The notes below the pieces were generated by a model. It searched no databases, was not told the DNA's origin, and saw nothing but the letters and a program-made list of their open reading frames with translations. A stretch of DNA of 63,126 nucleotides, counting the filler, from Octopus bimaculoides (taxonomy: Eukaryota): the NCBI RefSeq assembly GCF_001194135.2. It is 7 parts of 7 records of this genome, joined end to end, with 100 filler letters (N's around TTAATTAATTAA, not from the genome) between each part and the next. Parts side by side here need not be neighbours in the genome. Positions count along the whole stretch, not along the records: positions 50,841 to 56,782 come from NC_068996.1; positions 56,883 to 61,197 come from NW_026365408.1; positions 61,298 to 63,126 come from NW_026365549.1; 4 more parts are not named here. One strand, 5' to 3'. Made by a program: the position numbers and the translations under genes. Of this stretch, positions 52,270-63,126 are shown one piece after another (the first letter of the stretch is position 1; every line of letters starts with the position of its first letter).

Positions 52270-52578
52270 TCAGATAAATTCTGAATTTTGGAAGAAGTCG
52301 CTCAGCTCCTCTGTATTTTCGGGAAGGACTTGTTTTTTCTCTTTTAATTTACTTTCTTCAAATACTTTGAGAAATGGATTCAAATACGCTCCTGACGCAC
52401 AATAAACTCCCACAATTTTTTTCTTCTTGCGATGTGCTGTCATTAAGTGTAACGCTGATTGTCTAACTTGGGGTACATTTTCAGTAGATTTTCTGTATTG
52501 CGGTCTGTAAAATATAGATCCATTATATTCTGACTCAATGATTTTCAACCAGAGTCTGTGTAATTCTTGGTAAGATTT
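52270..52578 (-). CDS. Candidate exon (possibly terminal) of an unidentified gene
   Basis: Acceptor TTTTTGCAG|, then about 100 stop-free, non-repetitive codons (KSYQELHRLWLKIIESEYNGSIFYRPQYRK...NSEFI*) in AT-rich surroundings. No family recognised. Confidence 0.5.
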   Translation of the reverse strand, partial: KSYQELHRLWLKIIESEYNGSIFYRPQYRKSTENVPQVRQSALHLMTAHRKKKKIVGVYCASGAYLNPFLKVFEESKLKEKKQVLPENTEELSDFFQNSEFI

Positions 52579-53394
52579 CTGCAAAAACTGCGTATACTTC
52601 TAAATACACTAAATATTTTAACAATTTTTTTACGCAATTCATAATTTTTAAAATATAGTAGGACATTTTTTTAAAAATAAGAATAGTCTAAAAATAGTTA
52701 TGAGGGATCTACACGACTAGAATATGAATCAAATGGGTTCGAGTGGCAAAAAAAAAAAAAGATGGTTGAGAACCACCGTTCTAACTCAATGCAATAGATC
52801 AATAATTTATTGCTATTTGGAATTGGGAATGCGTTAACGCCAAAATAGTACTCTGGTAATTGTGTTTAATTTCTATAATATCTTTAGCTTTATCAAAATA
52901 TTAAATTTTTATTGTTATATTTCTTTTTCCATGCCAAATAAACACAAGCAATTATACATTCGTTTTACATTCGTTTATTATTGTTCTTATTTTGTTTCAT
53001 GTCAATCGTCTGGAAATTTTTCGTCGCACATTTGTGCCCTCTTCAGTGACCCTTTCCATCCACGTGTATCACGTGTGAGTGTGCCTGTGTGTACGTGCGT
53101 GTATGCGTGTGTGTGCGTAGTTTCTTTTTCACATTCGTACGGCTTTTTTAAAAGTTAGAGTGACTTCAATACACAATGAAGTATTCCTCTGCTGTGCCAC
53201 ATAATGTAGTTCCAAATGTGAATGATCTTGTTTATCATTGTATCATGTATTTTAGGTTACTCGATCAGCTATAAATATCAACCAAATCTACATTCTTTAT
53301 GTCCTTCTATATTATTAGAAATACTACGCCCAGGCGGGAAATTAACGACTGAAAAACCTCTGATCATATGTCTATTCAATTAGGGTTCGCCTGA

Positions 53395-53940
53395 TGTTAA
53401 ACAACGGCAATATTGGTTTCAAATTTTGTCACCAGGCCAGAAATTTTGCCCGTCGGGCAAACGATTCTGCCTTGTTAATAGTCCTTTCTACAATAGGCAC
53501 AAGGCCTGAAATTGGGAGAGGGGTATATTCGATTATATCGACTCCGATGCCGAATTGGCACCTTTTTCATCGACCTCGAAAGGATGAAAGATAAAGTCGA
53601 CCTCGGAGGAATTTGAACTCAGGATGCAAAGACGGACAAAATGTTTAGCGGCATTTTGCATGGCATACTAACGATTCTGCCAGCTCACCGCCTTAAACAA
53701 TGGCAATATTGTTTGTAATTTAAGTACAAGGCCAGCAACGTTGAAGGGAGAACATTAGTCGATACCGTCACTCAAAGTACTTGACTGACACTTTATGTTA
53801 TCAATTACTTTGTTATTGACTACGTGGTGGGTTGAAGGGAAAGTTAACATCGGCGAGGTTTGAACTCAGTTCTGTAAAGAGCCAGAAGAAATACTACAAC
53901 ACATTTTTGCAGACAGTCTGACAGTTCTGACACTTCATCA
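53395..53940 (-). mobile_element. Rearranged/tandem SINE family 1 copies
   Basis: Reverse-complement family 1 segments with partial duplication of the tail. Confidence 0.75.
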
Positions 53941-55195
53941 CCCTTTGCATAAACAATAACAATATCTAGTTTCTTCGTCAATGTTTCTATGTTTTCATCC
54001 AACTGGAATCTATTTCTATTTTGTATATTAGATTTTCACAGACGTCTTTTCAAAAATCAACACCAATACGTATTGACAACGAATACATTTAGCCGTTCTA
54101 TTATTTCCTATTAATTTGTGATTAATTCCATTCCTTTGCTGCTAAGTTCATCTCCAGAGGCCTTTGTGTTTTATTTGCATGAACTTTTTTTGTTATATTA
54201 TCTTCATGTATTGCTCTGCTTGTTTATGTACGCTGCAAATATTTGTGTACGTATTCTTATACTGTATATATAGATTTCGTTATGCAGATATATGGAACTA
54301 AAATGAAATAGGTTATGGTATATAGTTCGGTGTCTCATGGTTTTATGTTCTAATTCCATTAGAAGAGATTTCATGTTTCTGATCCCAAGGGAAGGTCATA
54401 TAAGTAGCGCTACGTGCTGATATGCTTTTCCTCCATCATTTGCCTGCAATGAAAAATAAATATTTGCGTCTTTATTTATACAGATTTAATAATGTGTACA
54501 TATTTGTCTATGTGTATGTATATGCATGTATATACCCATACATATATTTACACGTATATTTATACATACACTCACAGAGGCAAAACTAATTACTTTTTGT
54601 TTTAAACGAAATATCAGTCTGCTGAGGGATGACGGAATGAGGGATGAGAAGTGAAGTATTAACTGTTGGATAGACCGATTAAGCACAACAAACGTTAATC
54701 ACTGGCTATAATTCTAAGGCCATATGCTAACCCGTATATTTAAGGTCACGTTATAAGATAACTATAAATTAATTATGCATCTCTCCGGCTTATAGCAGTG
54801 TCCTTTAGTTATTCATTATGGCAATATGACTGATCTTCTATAATATTTAGAAGCAGCTGCTCAACAAACTTAGAATACATAACCCGAGGAATCTCGTAAT
54901 GTAAGCAAAAAGTTTTTTGGTCTTCTAATGAAAAGATTAAAATGAATCCGAACAGATAAATAAAAACAAAACTACCATGTTGGATCTGTTATATTTTCAA
55001 TATAATAAACAGAAGAGATATTTAGCTATTGCTTATGACAATATAACTGATCTTTTATATATAATCTTTAAAAGAAGCTACTCAACAAACGTATTAACAC
55101 ACTGAATCCATGAAAATCCTGTGAAAGATGCATAAACATGGTTATGTAGTTAAAAAACATCGCTTTGCAACGACAATTTAGCGGGTTAGAATCCC

Positions 55196-55283
<88 letters not shown>

Positions 55284-56381
55284 CTGTCTTTCTGTTCCTC
55301 CGTCCATCTGTCTATCTGTCTCTCTATCTTTATCTCTCTCTATCTCTATCTCCCTCATACATATGTATATAGGAGTGGTTGTGCGATAAGTACCTTGCTT
55401 ACCAGTCACACACATGGTTCCGGGTTCAGTGAGTGGTTTTGGTAGGCGGGAACTGAAAGAAGTGCGTCGTATATATACATATATATATANNNNNNNNNNN
55501 NNNNNNNNNNNNNNNNNNNNNNNNNNNNNNNNNNNNNNNNNNNNNNNNNNNNNNNNNNNNNNNNNNNNNNNNNNNNNNNNNNNNNNNNNNNNNNNNNNNN
55601 NNNNNNNNNNNNNNNNNNNNNNNNNNNNNNNNNNNNNNNNNNNNNNNNNNNNNNNNNNNNNNNNNNNNNNNNNNNNNNNNNNNNNNNNNNNNNNNNNNNN
55701 CTGGTAAAAAAAAGGACTAGGGCTTGCAAAGAATAAGTCCTGGGGTCGATTTGCTCGACTAAAGGCGTTGCTCCAGAACAGCGGCAATCAAAATGGCTGA
55801 AATAAATTACAAGAATAAAAGAATATGGACAAATACAATGGACACAGCAAAAAAAAAAAAAAAAGCGATATCACACGAGAAACAAAGTGTATCTCATACA
55901 TTATTTCTCTGGATTTCGATATCGTATTTGTTAAACTTTGTCTCCTCGGTAAGCATTTCCCGTCGATTGTATTTACTCTATATATATATCTAATGCTTAG
56001 CGAAGTTCCAATTTGTCTACGTTTGATTAGCGTCACACATTAATGCGTCTGGGAACACACAGACATACACACAAATACACATTCACATACACGCACACAT
56101 ACACACATACACACACACATGTATATATATTGATTATAGGATTATTAAAATCTAGGCAAATGATTTCGTAAGACACCAAAACTGGTACGATAATCTAGGG
56201 TCTACAACGAGGTAAAACGACCATGAACGTATTATATATTTGTAGGATACTATAGATATGTAAATACTAAATCTAATATCCAACTTCAGTCATAATACGG
56301 CCCAGGGCTCATTCTAGGTGCGGCGTAGGTAGTTCTTCTCTCCCTATCTTTCTCTCTCTCTCTCTCAGTATATATATGTGT

Positions 56382-56412
<31 letters not shown>

Positions 56413-56751
56413 CGTGCGTGCGTGTGTGCATTTTACTATAATCTCAGGCCCACCGAAACCTTGTGAGTGGATTTAGTAGATGGAAACTGAAAGAAGCCCA
56501 TCATATATATATGTATATATATTTAAGTGCGCGTCTCTTTATGTGTCTGTTCCCCTCCCCCACCACCACCACCACCATCACTTGACAACCGATGTTGGTG
56601 TATTTATGTCCCCGAAAACTAGCAGTTCAGCACAAGATAACGATAGAATAATTAGTAGAATCAAAAGGAATAAGTCTTGGGGTCGACTTCTTCGAATAGA
56701 GGCGGTGCTCGAGGATGGCTACAAATGACTAAAACGTGTAAAAGAGTAAAA

Positions 56752-56782
<31 letters not shown>

Positions 56783-56960
56783 NNNNNNNNNNNNNNNNNN
56801 NNNNNNNNNNNNNNNNNNNNNNNNNNTTAATTAATTAANNNNNNNNNNNNNNNNNNNNNNNNNNNNNNNNNNNNNNNNNNNNCATATATATATATACATA
56901 TAGATATACATATATATATACATATACATATGCATACACACACACACATATATATATATA

Positions 56961-57337
56961 TGTTCTCCGTAATGGAATTGACCAAAGTCCAACCATCTCT
57001 ACAACTGGTCAGTTACATTTAAGACCAAGAGCAAGCTAAGACCATTACAGGGGTAGATGTACATAAAGAAGTAAATAAACCAGTCAATAAAAGGTGTGGG
57101 GGAGAAAACTATACCATAAGTGGCATGAGACCACTCATGTCCTTCTTCACCATCAAAGGTCATAAGCGACCTCATGCCACTTATGACTGTCTTCTCCCCA
57201 ACACCTTTTATTTACTGGTTTATTTACTTCTGTATTAATGTCTACCCCTGTAACGGTCTTAGCTTGCCCTTGGTTTTTAATGTAACTGGCCAATTGTAGA
57301 AATGGCTGGACTTTGGTCAATTCCATTATGGACAACA
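56961..57337. mobile_element. Foldback MITE with ~170-bp inverted arms
   Basis: 56961-57130 is a diverged reverse complement of 57171-57337 (TGTT.TCC.TAATGGAATTGACCAAAGTCC...ATAAGTGGCATGAG) around a ~40-bp spacer. Confidence 0.85.
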
Positions 57338-57796
57338 GGTGGTTGGTCTCTAGAATATTTCTCTAAGTTCACTATTATAAAAACTTTACAGGTATGTTTT
57401 TGGACAAATATCAATTAGCTCTATTTACGAAATCACAAGTACTATCTGTTTTCCAGACTTATTGACAATTCCTGTTATATTTAAGTACTAGTTTTATTTT
57501 ACTATCATTTATACACCCTTGTACCCCTATAAAAGAGATAAACCCACCAATTATTTTTCTAGATTATATGCTAGTTTACTCTTTTGCCCATTGACTTCAA
57601 GCTTTACAATACAAAATGGTATGATTATTGAGCCTTCTTGATTCATCTCGAGGCCCTGTTCTTTCCTCTTCCCTCTTCCTTTCTTTTATTTTATGTATTT
57701 GTATTCACTCTGATGAAGCTCCATGCACTAGATCGGATGTGCTATAAAGATAACGAATATTATTTTCGGAATTTTCTTTGGTGGCACCAACTGTAC

Positions 57797-58077
57797 ATTT
57801 GTTTCAGTCATTTGACTATGGTCATGCTGAAGCACCGCCTTTAGTTGAACAAATCGATCCCAGGACTTATTCTTTGTAAGCCTAGTACTTATTCTATTGG
57901 ACTCTTTTGCTGAACCGCTAAGTTACAGGGACCTAAACACACCATCAGTAACTTAGCGGTTCAGCAAAAGAGAATGATAGAATAAGTACTAGGCTTACAA
58001 AGAATAAGTCCTGGGGTCGATTTGTTCGACTAAAGGTGGTGCTCCAGCATGGCTGTAGTCAAATGATTGAAACAAAA
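57797..58077. repeat. Inverted pair of SINE family 3 tails forming a ~130-bp hairpin
   Basis: 57797-57930 is the reverse complement of about 57947-58077 (GTAACTTAGCGGTTCAGCAAAAGAG...GATAGAATAAGTACTAGGCTTACAAAGAATAAGTCCTGGG...TGAAACAAA). Confidence 0.88.
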
Positions 58078-58305
58078 AAAATATATATATAACTCACTTT
58101 GTAAAATAATATGGTGGTAAGTGACTTAATTGCAGATTGGATTAGGGTGCAATAAAAGCATTATTGCGAGAAAAGATATCAATGAATATATGACAAGCTG
58201 CTGAAGTAGAATGTATAAATACAAATCAAAACATTATTAACTGGAATAAATTATATCCACTGAAAAGAATGACATATGTGATGCAAAAAAAAAAAAAAAA
58301 ATTAC

Positions 58306-58498
58306 CTTTGCCAAAGTCATCCATTTTGCAGAGGGAACTAAGTGGAGAAGTAAGACTCTGGTCATTGTTCAGAGAATAACTGTGGTCAGATGTGATTCTT
58401 GGAGACTGAACTGCATCAGTAATCATCTTATCATTTAAAACAGGATCTTCAAGAAAACTGTTGAACCAGTCATTGTCCACGTAGTTTTCAGTACTCAG
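58306..58498 (-). CDS. CREB3L1/2-like: Internal N-terminal exon of a CREB3L1/CREB3L2/CrebA-type bZIP transcription factor
   Basis: Acceptor TTTTGAATTTTAG| and donor AAAG|GTAATT; 193 nt, phase 0 to phase 1. Encodes LSTENYVDNDWFNSFLEDPVLNDKMITDAVQSPRITSDHSYSLNNDQSLTSPLSSLCKMDDFGK, resembling the recalled CREB3L1 segment FSSFFDDPVLDEK...IQAEHSYSL...QSPL..IKMED. bZIP exons are not in the window. Confidence 0.82.
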
Positions 58499-59120
58499 CT
58501 AAAATTCAAAAGCAAAACAAAGTATTTAAACAATTTAGTTAAGAAATGTTGATAAGGATAGATATAAATAAAAAAAACAACCAAAATAAAAAGAAACAGC
58601 TATACTCTGTCTTGAACACTCAATTTATAACTAGAATCACTTATCTGTAACCAGGAGAATTCATTGAAAATCTCAGCAGTTGGTTCATTCAGCAACATTT
58701 ATACTAGGCATATTTCTTGTCATAAACATTGAAAAGGGACATAGCATCTTATCTTGTACACTCTTGTGAATGTGTGTACATGTGTATATATGTATGTTGC
58801 ATGCATGTCTAATTTTAACGAGACTTTAATATATATATAAACACACACACGTATAAAATACCAGAACATATATAAAGTATACAAAAATACACACATATAT
58901 ATATGATGATGATGATACATTGCATATATGTTTTATATAGTTGAGTAGCATATCCTTGGTTTATTCCATGTCAAGTGTAGTAGTAGATGTGAAATCAATA
59001 GTAATTTTCTGACCAGTTATATGCCATAACCAAAGATGTACAACTACATAAAATATAAAAGCTCAAAATTTCTTTTAAATTGTGCTTTCTGTCTGATTTA
59101 TAGGCAACTGATTGAGATAC

Positions 59121-59159
<39 letters not shown>

Positions 59160-59306
59160 ATTATATGTATTTATTTTCTCCAAGTAAAAAATAACTCGGA
59201 TAAAATAAATTGGTTAATAGGTACCGGGGTAGCAAAGATCACAAAATAACCGTGGTGTAACTCCTGTTTATGAGGTAGAAACTCCTTGATATTTTGGGTA
59301 TTTGAG

Positions 59307-59394
59307 TATATATAAATTTAAAGAATGGAGTAAACATATTATAACTGCATACAGTTATAATATGCGTTTACTCCATTCTTTAAATTTATATATA
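59307..59394. repeat. Near-perfect 88-bp palindrome/hairpin
   Basis: 41-bp stem TATATATAAATTTAAAGAATGGAGTAAACATATTATAACTG, 4-nt loop CATA, complementary arm with a 2-nt GC bulge. Confidence 0.92.
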
Positions 59395-59395
59395 T

Positions 59396-59789
59396 TGTGA
59401 GCAGGGTGTTAAAAAACACTTACATTGCTAGAAATAAGAGCTAAAATGCTCTAATGCTGTAGTTAATGCACATGAATGAAACAAATACACTAACAGGGGC
59501 CACAATTGAAAAATGCCGACCGAGAATTATTAAGACTGATGTCAGTTTCAGCAATTTCCATTGCCATCATCAGTTAAGCCAGCTTGGGGTTTGGCATTTT
59601 CCCAACATGTTTCTCTATTAGTATATATGTTTTTCATCAAGCAAATTAATGGATGATTTAGTGATTCGCTAGTGTGTATACACAAAATTAATATAAACAG
59701 TAGGTTCATTCATGTGCATTAACTACAGCATTAGAGCATTTTAGCACTTATTTCTGGCAATGTAGATGTTTTTTAACACCCTAGTCACA
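59396..59789. mobile_element. MITE with ~80-bp terminal inverted repeats
   Basis: 59403-59480 (AGGGTGTTAAAAAACA...GCACATGAATGAA) matches the reverse complement of 59705-59782 with few mismatches; the match extends to TGTGA/TCACA. Confidence 0.85.
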
Positions 59790-61039
59790 TTTAGTGACAA
59801 TTATAATTCTTCTTTTTGGTGAAACATTACAACCTGGTGTTTATATTAATTTGTGTAGTATATATATTAGGGAAAGAGAGATAGAGAGAGAGAGAGATAT
59901 CTAATTTCTGGCCCCCAACTCACTTCACTTATATACACCTGGCTGTAACTTGAAAGTACCTCCATCATAGCTACACACACACGCACACACAAACAGATAA
60001 TGCCACTCATCACTATTTCCAAGAAAAGTAGGGTTTGCTCAGAAGAGTGGAAGCAAACAATGCTAATTTGCAACCAACACATGGCATCAGGCAAAGCTAC
60101 ACATGCACATACATGCATATATGACATTCCTGTCTTGTCCTCCCTATGTCAACTGTATCATCATTACTATCCTGTTACTGTTCTCCCCTGCTCCTCTCTT
60201 CTTGCATTCCTCCATGTTCCCCAACTTATGTACTATTGGTCACACTCCTTCCCACCCCTTGACAACCATCACTTCCTACATTCACCCTTTAACCACACCC
60301 AATCCTTAGAGATGTTGCCTATCTTCCTTTCTTCATTTCCCCTAACTCTTGCCTTCACCACACATTCTTAAAAACTCCCACCCTCACACACTCCTAGTCC
60401 CCACACATTTCTGTTCCCCTCAAACCTTGAGATGCTACCTGGACACCTCATCACCACTATTCATTACTTTGCAGCCACTACTGCTTCATTCTCACTCTCT
60501 CCTATAGGTGAGCAGCCATGTAGCTCCTCTAACCCATCCCTTAACCCTCATCTGCTGGTATAAAGCACCACCTTCCTTGAGTTGCAAGCTGCATGATCTC
60601 ACTAGTGCTAGTGGCATGAGAAAAGTGCCCACTACATGTTGCATTTTGCCAAAGCAGACTCTGAAACATGATGCAGTCCTTGAACAAATTGGATCTTGTG
60701 AAACTATTCAACTCATGCCAGTATGGAATATGGACATATGATGATGATGCATACATACACCTATTTAGTCGTGTGTGCGCGCACACACACACACACACAC
60801 ACATATATCACTGGTGCCACATAAAAAAGCACCCAGTTCACTCTGTAAAGTGGTTGGCATTAGGAAGGGGATTCAGCCATAGAAACCATGCCAGAAGAAA
60901 CAATGGAGCTTGGTGCAGCTCCTGGCCTTACCAGTTCCTGTCAAGCCATCCAACCCATGCCAGCAGGAAAAATGGATGTTAAATTATGATGATGATGATG
61001 ATTATATATATGATTGACCGCTGACTGGACACTATTCAA

Positions 61040-61197
61040 TTTTTTTTCTCCGTGTTTTTCTCCTTGTCTCCGTATTCTTTCTGTTGAAGAGCGTAGCTCG
61101 AAATGTAAAAGACTTTCCGTATTCCCGAGCGTCATACTAATACATCCTTTTGTTGTTTACACCACCTGCCCTCGTCTGTTGTTTTTTTCGTACATTC
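61040..61197 (+). mobile_element. Putative Penelope-like pseudo-LTR fragment with a hammerhead-like motif
   Basis: 61076-61112 parses as TCTTT-CTGTTGA-A-GAGC-GTA-GCTC-GAAA-T-GTA-AAAGA (stem I, core, stem II, GAAA, GUA triplet, stem I'). Confidence 0.5.
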
Positions 61198-61297
61198 NNN
61201 NNNNNNNNNNNNNNNNNNNNNNNNNNNNNNNNNNNNNNNNNTTAATTAATTAANNNNNNNNNNNNNNNNNNNNNNNNNNNNNNNNNNNNNNNNNNNN

Positions 61298-61339
<42 letters not shown>

Positions 61340-61939
61340 GTGTGTGCATGTACATACATATATATATACACAAACACGCACATACACACGCACGCACGCA
61401 CACACATGCACACGCACACGCGCACACGCACACACACACACACACACACACACTCATAGTACGCAAAATATATAAACATTGTAAATTTTTCGGGTGTGTT
61501 TTCTATAATAGCTGCTGATAGAGAAAACAGTGTAGTATGAGCGAGGGAGGAGGAGGGAGGAGGAAGGATAATGGAAGGGCGAGGGGGGAGGAAGGGGAGA
61601 GTGACAAAGAAGAAGAAAGAGGGGGTAGTGGAGTGGTGGTAAGACGTTAAACGCTGCTTTTCCAAACTTCGCCAAAGATAACGAAAAATAAATTTCTCCG
61701 TTACTTCATCTGTTTCGTGTATATTTATTCATGCGTGTGTGCACACACACTATTGTAAGTCATTTATGTAGCGGTTATATTTGGAAATAGCTTATACACA
61801 CACATAAATATACCTACATACATACATGCATACATACATACATACATACATACATACATACATACATACATACATACATGTATGCATAGATTAAGAAATC
61901 TACAGCTACTCTATCTAAATTACAAGTTCAGATTTATAC

Positions 61940-62067
61940 CTGTAATTTTTGAGGGGCTCTGGGATATGTAACACACTGCCTATGTTCCGATCTTGAGAAA
62001 TTAGGCTTCTCAAAACCAGAAAGGAGAAAGCTAATTTGAAGACTACAGATCCAATCCATCACTGGAA
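61940..62067 (-). CDS. Candidate exon, possibly an upstream exon of the CREB3L-like gene
   Basis: Acceptor TTTTTACAG| and donor CAG|GTATAA; only one frame is open (PVMDWICSLQISFLLSGFEKPNFSRSEHRQCVTYPRAPQKLQ), ending in phase 0. Confidence 0.4.
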
Positions 62068-62698
62068 CTGTAAAAATCTGTAAAACTTTCCAGTTTGTCA
62101 TTAAAATATATATGCACATGTCTAAACATGCAACTATATGCATGAGAATACAAACATAAAACAAAACATAGAAATCTGCGCATGCAATGACTCAAAATAC
62201 TGCACACATGTGCACAAACATGCACAATTACCTTGTTGATGAAGGAACCTCGGATCTAGGTTAGAAACCGGCTCTTTCTCTATTAGCAAGAAATCTTGAA
62301 ATAAAACTTAATAATGACATACATACATATATATATGCATATATATATATATATATATAAGCAATGTTACATCTCTGAACGAGGTATTAACAGTAACTGC
62401 ACGATAAAGTGAAGTATATTTGCCACTTAAATGTGGCTGACCCCGAGGGGTGGATGTTACTGTTGCTTTTAGCCCCAGGAGGACATCTCCTCCAGCTGGC
62501 TATCGACACACATCTGTGTCCTGGCTGTATTTGCCAAGGGAAGTTATCCTTCCCATCTTGAACTACGATACGTACGTACTCGAGACTGTATATATATATA
62601 AATTTAATGAATGGAGAAAAACGCATATGTTAACTGCATACTTTTATTTCCAGCATTTTGTTTCCAACCTTATAATATATATATATATACATATACAT

Positions 62699-62922
62699 AT
62701 TTAAAATACAGAGATGCCTATAATAGGACATCTGACCCGCTAGAAAGAGCAGCAAAAGACTACATACCACAAAAATAGGGATAATTTCGAAAGGGAATGA
62801 AAAATAAAAACATTTACCAATCTATATTCTATATGTGTTCATATATTTTTGCGGTATGTAGTCTTTTGCTGCTCTTTCTAGCGGGTCAGATGTCCTATTA
62901 TAGGCATCTCTGTATTTTAAAT
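62699..62922. mobile_element. Foldback element with ~78-bp near-perfect inverted arms
   Basis: 62699-62777 (ATTTAAAATACAGAGATGCCTATAATAGGACATCTGACCCGCTAGAAAGAGCAGCAAAAGACTACATACC.CAAAAATA) versus the reverse complement of 62844-62922: about one mismatch. Confidence 0.88.
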
Positions 62923-63126
62923 GTATTTTAAATGAATAATATTTAGTCTATTGACTGATTTTTATTCTCGCTAGACCACTGGTGGTAAATAAAATTTCTA
63001 AAATTTTTTTTGCTACCCTATAATTTATTAATAAATTTATTAATAATGATAAAATATATATACATACATATATACATATGTATGTATGCATGTATTTATG
63101 TATATATGTGTATATATATACACATA

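Overview
Eukaryotic genomic DNA, most likely an octopus or other coleoid cephalopod (inferred from extreme AT/AC/GATA/AAT microsatellite load and abundant tRNA-headed SINEs). It comes from a gappy short-read assembly. Six artificial 100-bp spacers (44 N + TTAATTAATTAA + 44 N) cut the window into seven blocks whose true adjacency is not guaranteed. Three minus-strand exons are recognisable by protein motif: the first coding exon of NOS1AP/CAPON (16931-17038, absent from the ORF track), the last exon of MPDU1 (42989-43240) and an N-terminal exon of a CREB3L1/2 (CrebA)-type gene (58306-58498). Several orphan exon candidates are also present. The rest is repeats: three SINE families, an RTE LINE 3' end with truncated copies, two Dong/R4-type fossils, one CRE-type fossil, a Helentron-type element, several MITEs/foldbacks, a retroposed 5S rRNA pseudogene with a target-site duplication, and Penelope-like hammerhead-ribozyme-like motifs. 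Almost all long ORFs in the supplied track are microsatellite or N-gap artefacts. I found no convincingly new multi-gene system. The best leads are the variant hammerhead-like motif (61076-61112), the foldback cluster around the CREB3L exon, a (GATA)n-associated retroelement tail, the 5S retrocopy, and a possible antisense gene nested in the NOS1AP intron. All family assignments are from recalled motifs, not database searches.
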